DNA of 63,824 nucleotides, filler included, from Ferroacidibacillus organovorans (GCF_001642725.1; 3 parts of 3 records of this genome joined end to end with filler, not necessarily neighbours in it); one strand, 5' to 3'. Counted from the first letter of the whole stretch, positions 32,170 through 43,324 are shown. The notes: generated by a model not told the origin, from the letters alone. Numbers and translations: made by a program.

Positions 32170-33285
32170 GTGCCGCGTCAAATTTCGACTGCGCTTCTTC
32201 GGCCCGGCATGATTCTCGCGCGAAGCCTCTATGATGGACAGGGCCGCGTCCTTCTTCAGAAGGGGGTTTCGCTCAAGGATCGCTATATTGATAAAATCAA
32301 AGACGGATATGCTTCTATATATATTGATGACGAGATATCTGAAGGCATTGAGATTCCGCAGGTCATTACAGAGCAACTTCGCTTTCAGATGCAGCAGACA
32401 CTGGCGAGTGAGTGGGACATGATTCAGAGAACCTTGAGTGTGCAGAGACCGACGTCTAGCAAACTCTTTGCAAAATCGCTGCGCGATCAAGTCAAGCAAA
32501 TGATTCAAACCGTTCAGCATACGACGATTATCAAAGAAGATCTCGCATCGCTCGCAGGGTATGACAATGTGACGTATGTGCACTCCATGAACGTCGCTAT
32601 CTATTCGCTGCTCATTGGCGCGTCGCTTTTTCTGTCGGACAGCATGATGCTCGATCTCGGACTCGGCGCGTTGCTTCATGATATTGGGAAAATTTTCGTT
32701 CCGACTGAAGTGTTAAACAAGCCGGACAAGCTTACCGCTGACGAATATAAACTGATGCAGACGCACGCAGAATTAGGACACAACTTCTTGGCAAAACAGC
32801 CGGAACTCTCCTATCTAATTGCACACTGCGCGTTTCAGCACCATGAGCGTCTGAATGGGAAAGGATATCCACGCGGTCTGCGCGGCGATGAGATTCATCT
32901 TTTTGGGCGAATCATTGCCGTGGCGGATGTGTATGACGCGATGATTATGCACCGCCCGTATCGGCGCGGGATTGTGCCGAGTGAGGCTATGGAGTTTCTC
33001 TATAGTCGGGCGGATTCGGAGTTTGATCTAAAAATCGTGTCACTTTTCAGTAAGCGCGTTGCGATGTTTCCGATCGGTTCTGAGGTGCACTTGAGCGACG
33101 GTCGCAACGCGATCGTCGTCGAGCTTCATGAGAACATTCCGGGAAGACCTGTGGTGCGCGTTTTTCAAGACGCAACCGGTAAAGAGGTAGCGCCGTACGC
33201 GATCGATCTGGCAACACAATTGAACATTACGATCTTATCTTCACTCGATGCGGCAAAGCGCACACTGCCTGGACAACTGAGTTAG
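32170..33285 (+). CDS. HD-GYP domain protein
   Basis: HSMNVA, LLHDIGK, HHERLNGKGYP. Confidence 0.9.
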   Translation: MPRQISTALLRPGMILARSLYDGQGRVLLQKGVSLKDRYIDKIKDGYASIYIDDEISEGIEIPQVITEQLRFQMQQTLASEWDMIQRTLSVQRPTSSKLFAKSLRDQVKQMIQTVQHTTIIKEDLASLAGYDNVTYVHSMNVAIYSLLIGASLFLSDSMMLDLGLGALLHDIGKIFVPTEVLNKPDKLTADEYKLMQTHAELGHNFLAKQPELSYLIAHCAFQHHERLNGKGYPRGLRGDEIHLFGRIIAVADVYDAMIMHRPYRRGIVPSEAMEFLYSRADSEFDLKIVSLFSKRVAMFPIGSEVHLSDGRNAIVVELHENIPGRPVVRVFQDATGKEVAPYAIDLATQLNITILSSLDAAKRTLPGQLS

Positions 33286-33422
33286 GCGTCGACGTGCTTG
33301 GTTTTCCAGCCATGCGATGTGTGGGGGGGCGCCCTGCGCGCTTTTTTTTGGCTTTTTTCTGCGTTATAGTAGATCACAGTGATCAGCGAGCGCACAGCGA
33401 CGCCGCGTGGGAGGAGAATTTA

Positions 33423-34394
33423 ATGATGGAAAAGAAACAAAAGGTGATGATTTTAGGGACAGGTCCTGCCGGGCTCACGGCCGCGATCTACGCGTCGCGC
33501 GCCAATTTGAACCCTTTGGTCGTCGAGGGAAACGAACCAGGGGGGCAATTGACGCTCACCACGGAGGTTGAAAACTTTCCGGGATTTCCGGACGGCGTCA
33601 TGGGGCCGGAACTGATGGACAATATGCGCAAGCAGGCGGAAAAATTCGGCGCAACCTTTGTCTCTGGTTGGGTGACCGATGTCGATACAAGCAAGCGCCC
33701 GTTTCGCGTGACTGTTGATGAGAGCGATGTCTACGAGGCGGACGCGTTGATCATCTCAACGGGTGCGTCAGCGAAGCTGCTCGGCATCGAGAATGAGTCT
33801 GACATGATGGGGCGCGGCGTCTCGACGTGTGCAACGTGTGACGGCTTCTTTTATCGCCAGAAACCGATTCTCGTCGTTGGCGGCGGTGACTCGGCGCTTG
33901 AAGAAGCGACGTTTTTGACGAAGTTTGCGTCTGAGGTAACGATTGTCCATCGCCGGGACACGTTGCGCGCATCGAAGGTCATGCAGGATCGCGCACACGC
34001 GAATGACAAGATTCGCTTTGTGATGAATGTGACCCCGCTGGCGGTGGCGATGGAAGATGGGAAAGTGGCAGGGCTTGAGGTAAAGGACAACGCGTCGGGT
34101 GAGACACGCGTGTTGCCGGCGGATGGCATCTTTGTAGCGATTGGACACAACCCGAACACAGCGTTTCTAAAGGGTCAGCTTGAGCTTGACGAGGTGGGTT
34201 ATATCAAGACGGTCGGTTCGACGTCTGCCACGAGTGTGGATGGGGTCTTTGCGTGTGGGGACGTGATGGATTCACACTATCGCCAAGCGATCACGGCGGC
34301 AGGATCTGGCTGCAAGGCGGCGATGGATGTGGAGAAATTCCTGGAAGGGTCTGCGACGCACGACTGGTCGGTAAGCTCTGGCGCTAAGGCATAA
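33423..34394 (+). CDS. trxB: Thioredoxin reductase
   Basis: GTGPAG, CATCDG, GGGDSALEEA, HRRD. Confidence 0.95.
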   Translation: MMEKKQKVMILGTGPAGLTAAIYASRANLNPLVVEGNEPGGQLTLTTEVENFPGFPDGVMGPELMDNMRKQAEKFGATFVSGWVTDVDTSKRPFRVTVDESDVYEADALIISTGASAKLLGIENESDMMGRGVSTCATCDGFFYRQKPILVVGGGDSALEEATFLTKFASEVTIVHRRDTLRASKVMQDRAHANDKIRFVMNVTPLAVAMEDGKVAGLEVKDNASGETRVLPADGIFVAIGHNPNTAFLKGQLELDEVGYIKTVGSTSATSVDGVFACGDVMDSHYRQAITAAGSGCKAAMDVEKFLEGSATHDWSVSSGAKA

Positions 34395-34416
34395 TTCATT
34401 TCACGCGTCAGCAACC

Positions 34417-34446
34417 CCAGCGGAATAAACTTCCGCTGGTTTTTTT
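34417..34446 (+). terminator. Intrinsic terminator
   Basis: CCAGCGGAA-TAAAC-TTCCGCTGG followed by a T-tract. Confidence 0.85.
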
Positions 34447-34619
34447 GCGTTCTGGTGTCAAGCGACAAATGAAGATGTTCCGTGAAGCAAACGCTCACCG
34501 TCATGGATGGAAAATGACCCCATTGTCAATGTCACGTGGAGGTAGAGCCTGGAATTAAAACGGCGATTATGGGGAATTCTCTTCCTGCGTAGGTTATTCC
34601 TGACGGAATCGGCGGGGAC

Positions 34620-35717
34620 ATGCGAATGGAAGTCAAAAAAAGTGAATCGATCACGATCATGCAAGCGTCCATGCTTATCATTATTTCGCTTGCACTGCCT
34701 ATCCACGTTGAGTTAGTGCCGTTTCTTTTGAAAACCGCAGGGCGTGATGCTTGGATGGTGGAACTCGTCTGCATTCCGATTGCGATAGGAATATGGCTCG
34801 CGATTTGGTTCATTGCGCGTCTGTGTCCCACACGGTCGCCCATCGAACGCATCCCGCCATGGACGCTGCCACTGCTGATCGCACTCGCTGATCTCTATGT
34901 GATTATTTCGCTTGCGCAAAGCTTAGACTCGTGGGAATCGTTTGTAGGAATTGTATTCTTGCCCGGCGTCCCCCCTGCCCTTGTAGTGATCTCCTTGGTC
35001 GCATCCTGTGTATGGATTGCCCGCCACGGCTTGAGAACCATTGCGGTCACAGTCGGTTTTTTGTTGCCATTTATCATGATCTTTGGAGTAATGAATACCG
35101 TGGGGACGATTCCCGTGAAGCAGTATGGTCTACTCTTTCCCCTGTTGGAGCATGGCCTCTTACCAATCGCTCGCGGCGTCATGCTTCCGCTTCCCATTAT
35201 GGGCGAATTTCTGATGATCTTGTTTTTTTATCATCAAATCCAAGGTAAGAATGCGTTGTCGCTTGCTCCGTGGATGTGGACACTGGGGATACTCGCGGTC
35301 ATTTCAGTAGGGTTGGTCATGGGCATTCTGGCGGAGTACGGTCCCTACGAGGCAGCGCATCTTCGTTTTCCTGCGTTTGGTGGGTGGCGCTTATTGACCT
35401 TTGGTGAATATATCGAGCGACTGGATTATTTTGCCCTTTACCAATGGACCGTGGGACTCGCTGGTCGCATCATGGTTCTTCTCTTTATCACAGGCCAGGT
35501 GGTAAAAAATATAAAAATTCGCCTTCCTCACATGATCGGCATCGCATCGCTGGCCGTCATCCTTGTTTTGCTGCCCATCGACGTGCATACGAAAGTGTGG
35601 CTTCGCAGCCAGTATTATTCGATCGAGGGCGGAATGGAAGTCGTGGTGTTTCTTTTGCTGGGAATTGGCTCTTGGTTTCAACGATCTCGCTCTTCTGGAG
35701 GCATCCAACTTGAGTGA
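34620..35717 (+). CDS. Spore germinant receptor B subunit (GerAB family)
   Basis: AGRDAW, LFPLLEHG, YIERLD; about 10 TMs. Confidence 0.85.
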   Translation: MRMEVKKSESITIMQASMLIIISLALPIHVELVPFLLKTAGRDAWMVELVCIPIAIGIWLAIWFIARLCPTRSPIERIPPWTLPLLIALADLYVIISLAQSLDSWESFVGIVFLPGVPPALVVISLVASCVWIARHGLRTIAVTVGFLLPFIMIFGVMNTVGTIPVKQYGLLFPLLEHGLLPIARGVMLPLPIMGEFLMILFFYHQIQGKNALSLAPWMWTLGILAVISVGLVMGILAEYGPYEAAHLRFPAFGGWRLLTFGEYIERLDYFALYQWTVGLAGRIMVLLFITGQVVKNIKIRLPHMIGIASLAVILVLLPIDVHTKVWLRSQYYSIEGGMEVVVFLLLGIGSWFQRSRSSGGIQLE

Positions 35718-37185
35718 ATCAAGCGTTCTCATTTCAGCCTCGCTATCTGAGAATGAATCGTGGCTGAGGGATCACATTCTCTCCAACTGTCAGGATATCA
35801 AAGCCGTTTCCATGGTGTGGGATGTTGGGGGAAACATGCAGAACTCGTTGTTCCTTTATATGGAGGGAACGACAGACCTGAAACAAGTGAGTAAGACCTT
35901 TTTTCGAGAATTAGAACCTTTGTTGGCACAATGTGTGGAGAGGAAATTCGTTGATGTCGTGAAACGCATGCGTATCCCCGAAGTTACGTATTATGAGCAG
36001 TGGAAAACGGTACTGGCGTTGCTGTTTCACGGCACGGGTATCTTTTTTCTGGACGGGTGGCCAGGCGCCTTAGTGGTGGAACAAGTTGCAAAGCCTTCTC
36101 GCTCCCCTGATGAACCAGAAATGGAGACAGCGATTCGGGGCGCACACGATGGCTTTGTGGAAGACGTGATGCAAAATTTGGCACTCTTGCGAATGAGAAT
36201 GCCTACGCCAAGCGTAGTGTGTGAATTCTTCGAGATTGGTACTTTGACTCACACCCGCGTTGCGCTTGTCTATCTGAAAGATACGGCGTCACCCGAATTG
36301 GTTTCCACACTCCAGGCGCGATTGCATGCTATACAGGTAGACGAATTGACGGAGTCCGCACATTTGGAGGAACTCCTGGAGGATCGTAAATTCACGATTT
36401 TTCCGCAATTTGATTACACGGAACGTCCTTCGAAATTGGCTGCCATCTTATCAGAAGGACGAATCGGAATGATTCAGGATACGTCTGCCACCGTGTTGAT
36501 TGCACCGGTGACACTCATGCAACTTTTACAGGCGCCTGATGATTACAATGATCGTTTTCCATTTGTAGTCGTTGTTCGCATTTTACGTATGATAGGATTA
36601 TTTATTTCACTGTTTCTCCCTGCCGGATACGTTGCAGCTACCGAATATCATCAGGATACGATTCCGGCGTTTCTTTTAATCTCCCTGATCAACGCCCATA
36701 AAGGCGTTCCTTTTCCTACGCCGCTTGAGGCAATGATTATGCTGGGGCTTTTTGAACTGTTTCGCGAGGCTGGGTTGCGTTTGCCTCGCGCAGCCGGTCA
36801 GACGATTGGCCTTCTTGGCACTGTGGTGGTTGGGGACGCCGCGGTAAAAGCGGGCATTGCGAGCGCAGGTATGACTGCAGTCGTAGGAATCACGGCCATT
36901 AGCACCTATGTTGTCCCTAACTATACATTAGCCAATGCGATCACGATTGTACGAATGGTAATTTTGATTATGGCCAGTTTCATGGGGTATGTGGGTCTTA
37001 TCATCGGTGCAATTCTCCTGATTGGACACATGGCGAGTCTAAATCCACTGGGGGTGTCCTATCTAGCGCCATTTTCACCATTCATTTGGGAAGATTGGAG
37101 AGATTATATCATTCGAATCAAGTGGACGCGCATGCGTAAAAAAAGTGCAGCACAATCTCAAACGCGCAAACGCTCGGATCGATGA
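35710..37185 (+). CDS. Spore germinant receptor A subunit (GerAA family)
   Basis: EPEME..IRGAHDGFVE, TERP, ELFREAGLRLP, VGDAAVKAG; TTG start after GGAGG. Confidence 0.92.
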   Translation: MSESSVLISASLSENESWLRDHILSNCQDIKAVSMVWDVGGNMQNSLFLYMEGTTDLKQVSKTFFRELEPLLAQCVERKFVDVVKRMRIPEVTYYEQWKTVLALLFHGTGIFFLDGWPGALVVEQVAKPSRSPDEPEMETAIRGAHDGFVEDVMQNLALLRMRMPTPSVVCEFFEIGTLTHTRVALVYLKDTASPELVSTLQARLHAIQVDELTESAHLEELLEDRKFTIFPQFDYTERPSKLAAILSEGRIGMIQDTSATVLIAPVTLMQLLQAPDDYNDRFPFVVVVRILRMIGLFISLFLPAGYVAATEYHQDTIPAFLLISLINAHKGVPFPTPLEAMIMLGLFELFREAGLRLPRAAGQTIGLLGTVVVGDAAVKAGIASAGMTAVVGITAISTYVVPNYTLANAITIVRMVILIMASFMGYVGLIIGAILLIGHMASLNPLGVSYLAPFSPFIWEDWRDYIIRIKWTRMRKKSAAQSQTRKRSDR

Positions 37186-38372
37186 ATTTTCTATCCCATC
37201 GAATGAGCGCAGTGTGGAAATTGGCTGCTTGTGCGATTCTTTCCCTTTTGCTGACAGGGTGTTGGGACTCTGCCGATCTGGACAATATTGCCTACGTGCA
37301 CAGTTTGGGCGTCGATTATGATCACGGCCATTATAAAATTTGGCTAGGGCTCATCGACCCGACAAAGTCAGGGATTGAGGAATCAAAATCGACTGGCGAG
37401 ACTTCGCGCGCGCTTTGGGTGGTGTATGGAACAGGAAGGAGTTTCCTCGAAGCGGTAAACGCCATCTATCCCTCCAGTCCCAAACGGGTATCGTGGTCCC
37501 ATTTTTCTTTGTTGATCCTCCACGAGAATGTCTTGCGCGGTCCCTATAAAGAAGTGATCGAAGCGCTTACTCGCTATCGGGAGGTGCGGTATACGTCATG
37601 GGTTTATGGGACAAAAGATACCATGGGAAATTTATTCACTGCGAATTTACCTGTAGAAAATAATCCACTCTATTATTACGTTGCGAATCCGAAACGAGTG
37701 CAACAATTCGGTTACGTGGTTCCTTCCGTACGGTTGAATGAATGGCAGAGAGCCTTACATGAGCCTGTGGGGTCTGCCATTTTGCCTCAAATGGCCTTGA
37801 ATCACCAACGAGACGTGCACTGGCCTAAATCAAAGGATAAGCCTTATGATGAATTATTGCTCCCAACAGTTGGTGTGTTTCGTCATGAGAGGTTTATGGG
37901 GTGGCTATCGCACCGCGATATGCTCGGGGTGTTCTGGGCGCGAACCGGTGGGACGCGAGTTCCACTGTTCCTGCCTCCAGCACCGGGTTCAACGGAACAA
38001 GTCATCCTTTACATACACCATCTTCACGTTGAGATTCATCCGATGCAACGCAGGCATCATTGGACCTATGATTTGAAAATCAGCGGTCCTGTGGATCTCG
38101 CGCAGGAAGGGCAAGGACGCGCGGAAAAAGAAATCATCACATTGGCTGAGCGTGTGATTGAAAGGGATGTTCGCCGGACGTTTCGCACCGGCGTCATGCA
38201 TCATGCAGACATTCTGAATATCACTCCAAAGGTCTATCGGGGAGCCTTGATGCTCTGGCCCCCTAATACGAGACAAAAGCTCCTTAACAATCTTGAATTG
38301 CGCGCAGACTCCTTGCGAAATGTGAATATTCATTTGACGCTGGTGCATACGGGTATGCGCACCGTGGACTAA
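37182..38372 (+). CDS. Spore germinant receptor C subunit lipoprotein
   Basis: Lipobox LLTGCWD; position in the ger operon. Confidence 0.88.
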   Translation: MNFLSHRMSAVWKLAACAILSLLLTGCWDSADLDNIAYVHSLGVDYDHGHYKIWLGLIDPTKSGIEESKSTGETSRALWVVYGTGRSFLEAVNAIYPSSPKRVSWSHFSLLILHENVLRGPYKEVIEALTRYREVRYTSWVYGTKDTMGNLFTANLPVENNPLYYYVANPKRVQQFGYVVPSVRLNEWQRALHEPVGSAILPQMALNHQRDVHWPKSKDKPYDELLLPTVGVFRHERFMGWLSHRDMLGVFWARTGGTRVPLFLPPAPGSTEQVILYIHHLHVEIHPMQRRHHWTYDLKISGPVDLAQEGQGRAEKEIITLAERVIERDVRRTFRTGVMHHADILNITPKVYRGALMLWPPNTRQKLLNNLELRADSLRNVNIHLTLVHTGMRTVD

Positions 38373-38393
38373 ACAGCAACGGTTTTACGTATT

Positions 38394-39293
38394 TTATCGC
38401 GTTGTAAAGCGCGCGATCAGAAGGCCGATGAAAAGGAGAAAGCCGAATGCGATCAGCGTTTTTGACGTGTTCTCAAAAGCTGCTTGAAGTTCATCGCGCG
38501 TTGTAGCGGCCTTAAACGCGCGTGGTACGCGTGAAGACAGCGGAATACTCAAAAGCGACAACAGAACCCACGGCGGGAGCATGCGCGTGAGGACGAGCGC
38601 GATGAGAATGAGATAGGAGAGCGCAAACGCTGCACCGAGCACTTTGATGGCGCGCGCTTTGCCAAGCAGAATCGGCAACGTTTTGCGTCCGCCTGGGCGA
38701 TCATGTTCGAGATCGCGAAGGTTATTGGCGAGGAGAATCGCGCCGATGAGCAGCCCAACCGGGGCGGATACCCACCAGGCGACGGTCGACAAATGGCCGA
38801 CTTGTATGAAATAGGCAATCAGAATGATGACTGGACCCATCGCGAGGCCGGCTGTCACTTCACCGAGTGGCGTCGCCGAAATCGGCTTTGGACCACCCGA
38901 ATAAAGGTACATAAAAAGCATCGACGCGGCGCCAAAGACAGCAACCCACCACGAGGTGCTGGCGCAGATGTAGATGCCGAGTAAAAAGGCAATCGCCAAG
39001 GTCACCCAGGTGATCAAGACGACCGTGCGCGGTGACATGTTGTCGCGCACGATTGCCCCGGCGATCCCAGTCATCTCCTTTGAATCGAGTCCACGCACAA
39101 AATCATAGTATTCGTTGATCATGTTGGCCGCCGCCTGAATCAGCATCGACGCGATGAGCATGCTGAGAAAAAGGGATGTGCGCAGCGGATGGTGCAAAAG
39201 CGCCACGCCAGTTCCGACGAGGACAGGTGTGATCGACGCGGTCAGCGTTTTAGGTCGCAAGAGATTCCATAAGGTGCTGCGGAATGAATTCAA
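38394..39293 (-). CDS. menA: 1,4-dihydroxy-2-naphthoate polyprenyltransferase
   Basis: RPKTLTAS, NEYYDF.RGLD, ANNLRD..HD..GGRKTL; RBS AAGGAGG before TTG. Confidence 0.95.
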   Translation of the reverse strand: MNSFRSTLWNLLRPKTLTASITPVLVGTGVALLHHPLRTSLFLSMLIASMLIQAAANMINEYYDFVRGLDSKEMTGIAGAIVRDNMSPRTVVLITWVTLAIAFLLGIYICASTSWWVAVFGAASMLFMYLYSGGPKPISATPLGEVTAGLAMGPVIILIAYFIQVGHLSTVAWWVSAPVGLLIGAILLANNLRDLEHDRPGGRKTLPILLGKARAIKVLGAAFALSYLILIALVLTRMLPPWVLLSLLSIPLSSRVPRAFKAATTRDELQAAFENTSKTLIAFGFLLFIGLLIARFTTR

Positions 39294-39403
39294 GTATGAC
39301 GTCCTCCTTCGGGACATACCATAGCAAAATTTAGAAGCGGTGAAAAGTCGTTCTTTGTGATGGCGGTGCGCATAGTTCAAAAAAACTCCACGATTGCGCG
39401 GGC

Positions 39404-39455
39404 AACAGACCTGTTGGTCTGTTATACTTGGGGCGAACAGACTGACCGGTCTGTA
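39404..39455. promoter_or_regulatory. Twin ACAGAC-N6-GTCTGT palindromes flanking an extended -10 (TGtTATACT) upstream of menB
   Basis: AACAGACCTGTTGGTCTGTT (39404-39423) and AACAGACTGACCGGTCTGTA (39436-39455). Confidence 0.7.
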
Positions 39456-39515
39456 CCGTGAATTTAAATCAGGGTCACATTCTGTGTGTCACGTCACGTA
39501 AAGGGGTGCTGCGTT

Positions 39516-40328
39516 TTGCATTGGAAAACTGCTCATGAATATGAAGATATCCGCTATGAAACATCGTCAGGAATCGCGAAAATTACGATCAATCGTCCGG
39601 AGGTGCGGAACGCTTTTCGCCCGAAAACGGTGAGCGAACTGATTGATGCGTTCAATCGGGTGCGCGATGACCATGAGGTGGGCGTTGTCATTTTGACGGG
39701 AGAAGGCGATCTCGCGTTTTGCTCTGGGGGCGACCAGCGCGTGCGGGGGCACGGCGGCTACGTCGGAGATGACGAGATTCCACGCCTCAACGTGCTTGAT
39801 TTGCAGCGGCAAATTCGCATGCTGCCAAAAGCGGTGATCGCGGCGGTTGCCGGGTATGCGATCGGCGGCGGTCACGTGCTTCATCTCGTGTGTGATTTGA
39901 CGATTGCGGCGGAGAATGCACGCTTCGGTCAGACGGGGCCGCGCGTCGGGAGCTTTGATGCGGGGTATGGGACAGGCATCCTTGCGCGCACGATCGGGAT
40001 GAAACGGGCGAAAGAGATCTGGTTTTTATGCCGGCAGTACGACGCGCACGAAGCGTACGACATGGGACTTGTGAACAAAGTCGTGCCTGTTGACAAACTG
40101 CAAGAGGAAGCGGTTTTGTGGGCGCAGGAGATTCTTGAAAAATCGCCGATGGCGATCCGCTTTTTAAAAGCGTCGTTCAACGTGGATACGGACGGATTGG
40201 CGGGGCTGCAGCAGATGGCGGGCGATGCGACAATGATGTTTTACATGACGGAAGAGGCGCGCGAAGGGAAAAATGCATTCTTAGAGAAGCGCCAACCTGA
40301 CTTCTCGAAGTTTCCACGTTTGCCTTAG
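39516..40328 (+). CDS. menB: 1,4-dihydroxy-2-naphthoyl-CoA synthase
   Basis: [35 protein letters not shown]. Confidence 0.97.
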   Translation: MHWKTAHEYEDIRYETSSGIAKITINRPEVRNAFRPKTVSELIDAFNRVRDDHEVGVVILTGEGDLAFCSGGDQRVRGHGGYVGDDEIPRLNVLDLQRQIRMLPKAVIAAVAGYAIGGGHVLHLVCDLTIAAENARFGQTGPRVGSFDAGYGTGILARTIGMKRAKEIWFLCRQYDAHEAYDMGLVNKVVPVDKLQEEAVLWAQEILEKSPMAIRFLKASFNVDTDGLAGLQQMAGDATMMFYMTEEAREGKNAFLEKRQPDFSKFPRLP

Positions 40329-40337
40329 GCGGCGCGC

Positions 40338-41858
40338 ATGATGAGTGAACGAGTGATTTGCGAAAAAGAGGCGGTTTGGACAGACGGCGCGGGAAGTGGC
40401 GTCACGGACGAACGAGTCGAAGACTGGCTTTACGCGCTGCGTCACATGGACACTCTCGCGATTGAGCACGAGGGTCAGCCGGTCTCTTATCGTGAACTGG
40501 CGGAGCGCGTCGCCTCGCGGGCGGCGTTTTTGGCAGAACTCGGCGTCACGCGTGGAGAGCGCGTCGCGGTGCTCATGGCGCACGGACTGCTTTTTGCGAT
40601 CACGCTGCACGCGCTGCGCTATCTCGGCGCGGTGACTGTGCCGATAAACGCCCGCCTCTCACTTGAAGAGATGGTGTGGCAGGTAGACGATGTCGAGGCG
40701 CGCACACTGCTATGTGACGAGGCGCATGAAGTGCATCGTATTGCGATCTGTGAACGGCTTTCGCATGTTCGCGCGTGGCGATGTGAGGTTGAAATGAAAG
40801 AAGGGAAGCGCGCGTTTGCGCCGGACTCTATCTGCCTATCGGATGTGCAGAGCATCATCTATACCTCCGGGACGACGGGACGCCCCAAAGGGGCGCTTCT
40901 CACCTACGGCAATCACTTTGCTAGTGCTGTCGCCTCGGCGTTGCGCCTCGGGATGCTCCCGACGGATCGCTGGTTGACGGCCTTGCCACTGTTTCACGTC
41001 GGCGGGCAAGCGGTGCTCATGCGCAGTATCATCTATGGTACGGCCGCCGTTTTACAAGATCGCTTTGATGAAGCGGCGCATCGCGCGCGACTGTTGCAAG
41101 GAGATATCACGATGGTTTCCGTGGTGGCGGCGACGCTTCTGCGCATGATGGACGATGAGGTGACATTTCCTGCGGCGCTGCGCGTTGTGCTTCTAGGCGG
41201 AGGCCCAGCGCCTGCACCGCTTTTAAAGCGGTGCATCGCGCGCGGCGTCCCGGTTGTGCAGACGTATGGACTCACGGAGGCAAACTCACAGGTGGCGACA
41301 TTGCGCCCGGCGGAGGTTTCCTCACGCGTAGGTTCGGCAGGGCAACCACTGATGAGTTCGACTGTGCGCATTGTCGATGAACGTGGGGAGTACTGTCCGC
41401 CAAACGGGGTTGGAGAGATTCAGATCAAAGGGCCGACATTGTGCGCTGGATATTGGCAGGAAAAAAAGGTGCGCAGTGCGCTCGCGGAAGACGGCTGGTT
41501 TCACACGGGCGATATTGGGTATCTCGACGAAGAAGGGTATCTCTATGTGCTCGATCGACGCAAAGATCTGATCGTCTCCGGCGGGGAGAATGTGTACCCC
41601 GCTGAAGTAGAGGCCGTTCTTCTTACGCACCCGTCTGTCGCTGAGGCGGCAGTTGTTGGTCGCGACGACGCGACGTATGGGCAGGTTCCAGTCGCCGTCT
41701 TGGCACTTCATGCGCCTTATGACGAAGCGGCGCTCCTTTCATTTTGCCGCGCGCAGCTGGCTGGCTATAAGGTTCCAAAGCAACTTCTCGTCGTGGACCG
41801 ACTTCCGCGTAACGCGGCTGGGAAGCTGTTAAAAAGGGAGATGCGGTTATGGTTTTAA
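40338..41858 (+). CDS. menE: o-succinylbenzoate-CoA ligase
   Basis: YTSGTTGRPKG, PLFHVGG, LLGGGP, TYGLTE; men operon context. Confidence 0.93.
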   Translation: MMSERVICEKEAVWTDGAGSGVTDERVEDWLYALRHMDTLAIEHEGQPVSYRELAERVASRAAFLAELGVTRGERVAVLMAHGLLFAITLHALRYLGAVTVPINARLSLEEMVWQVDDVEARTLLCDEAHEVHRIAICERLSHVRAWRCEVEMKEGKRAFAPDSICLSDVQSIIYTSGTTGRPKGALLTYGNHFASAVASALRLGMLPTDRWLTALPLFHVGGQAVLMRSIIYGTAAVLQDRFDEAAHRARLLQGDITMVSVVAATLLRMMDDEVTFPAALRVVLLGGGPAPAPLLKRCIARGVPVVQTYGLTEANSQVATLRPAEVSSRVGSAGQPLMSSTVRIVDERGEYCPPNGVGEIQIKGPTLCAGYWQEKKVRSALAEDGWFHTGDIGYLDEEGYLYVLDRRKDLIVSGGENVYPAEVEAVLLTHPSVAEAAVVGRDDATYGQVPVAVLALHAPYDEAALLSFCRAQLAGYKVPKQLLVVDRLPRNAAGKLLKREMRLWF

Positions 41859-43324
41859 CCCTTCATCATGTCACTGTCGAAGAGGTGTATGCGCTTCTCG
41901 AGCCTCTCTTACAAAAAGGTTCATCAGAGGCGAAACGCAAGGGACACAGTGTGATGGTTTCTGCATCTGTGCCGATTACGTTTGAAGGCAGTCTGGCTTC
42001 TGTTGTTGATATGGGGCTCAAAGATGCGCAATTTGCAACGTATTGGCACGACGGTCCAAACGGTTTGGAGCGAGCGACGTACGGTGAGACGGCGCTTGAA
42101 ATCTATTCGGGCGCGCGCGCCTTTGACCGCGCGTCGACGGCGAGCGTACGGCTGTTTCAGGAGGTTATCACAGGGGAAACTGCACGCACGGCAGCGTTTC
42201 TTGGCACGGCGTTTGACGCTTCGCGAAAGCGGGGGACGCCGTGGGAGCGCTGGCCAGATGTCCTTCTGGCGATTCCAATGTTTTCTATCGAACGTGAAAC
42301 TTCGGCGCGCGCCTACCTCACAGTTACATTGCGCGTGGGGCAGAACGACACGCTGCGCGATGTGAAAAAATCAACGGAGCAGGCGCTGCGCAAGCTGCTT
42401 GAATTGAGTACGCAAAAGCGCACGGTGCGTCGGCGCGGCAGTGGTCTCGGGGATTTGCGCATCGACGAGGCGCAAGCGCCTGAAGCGGGCATCGATGAGG
42501 CGTATCGTACGCTCGTTTCACAGGCGACCGAAGACATGCGCAAAGGATCGTATGAGAAGGTGGTTCACGCGCGCATGATGGATGTAACGCATCGCGTGAC
42601 CGCGTTTGCCGCGACATTAGAAAACCTCGCGTACGACCACCCGAGTTCCACAGTCTTTGGCATCGCGTGGCGAGGGGATGTGTTTTTGGGCGCGACGCCT
42701 GAGCGGCTCGTTGGCATGCGTAAAGGCCAGCTGTATATTGATTGTCTCGCGGGTACGGCGCCGCGGTTCGCGGATCGTGAACAGGATGAACAGGCTGGAC
42801 AGGCGCTGCTCGCGAGTAAAAAAGATTTGCATGAACACCGCCTTGTGCTTGCAGGGATTGAGAGTGCGCTTGAAGGGGTGGCGACGAAGCCGACATACAA
42901 AGATCCACAGCTCAGGCGTTTGCCCAATCTGCAGCATCTCTACACACCTGTTCGCGCAGAGGCGTTGCGGGATGTGACGATCGTCTCCGTGGCTGCGCGT
43001 CTTCAACCGACGCCAGCGGTGGCGGGTTGGCCGCGCGCCAAGGCGCTTCGCGTGATTCGCGAGCGTGAGGAGGTCGATCGCGGGTGGTATGCGGGCGCAC
43101 TCGGATTTATCGAGCGGGATGGTTCGGGAGAGATGGTTGTTGCGCTTCGCAGCGCTCTTGTGAAAGACGATCGCGCCTACTTATTTGCGGGTGCTGGTTT
43201 AGTTGCCGATTCTGACCCAATCCGTGAAGAGGGTGAGACAACGCTTAAAATGCAGGTGATGAAGCGAGCGCTCTGTCTGTCGTCTGAAGAGAAAAACGCG
43301 AAGGAGGATCCGCGTGAGTCGTGA
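41849..43324 (+). CDS. menF: Isochorismate synthase
   Basis: KVVHAR, FLGATPERL, LAGT, EHRLV, PTPAVAG, RGWYAG, AGAGLV. Confidence 0.92.
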   Translation: MVLTLHHVTVEEVYALLEPLLQKGSSEAKRKGHSVMVSASVPITFEGSLASVVDMGLKDAQFATYWHDGPNGLERATYGETALEIYSGARAFDRASTASVRLFQEVITGETARTAAFLGTAFDASRKRGTPWERWPDVLLAIPMFSIERETSARAYLTVTLRVGQNDTLRDVKKSTEQALRKLLELSTQKRTVRRRGSGLGDLRIDEAQAPEAGIDEAYRTLVSQATEDMRKGSYEKVVHARMMDVTHRVTAFAATLENLAYDHPSSTVFGIAWRGDVFLGATPERLVGMRKGQLYIDCLAGTAPRFADREQDEQAGQALLASKKDLHEHRLVLAGIESALEGVATKPTYKDPQLRRLPNLQHLYTPVRAEALRDVTIVSVAARLQPTPAVAGWPRAKALRVIREREEVDRGWYAGALGFIERDGSGEMVVALRSALVKDDRAYLFAGAGLVADSDPIREEGETTLKMQVMKRALCLSSEEKNAKEDPRES

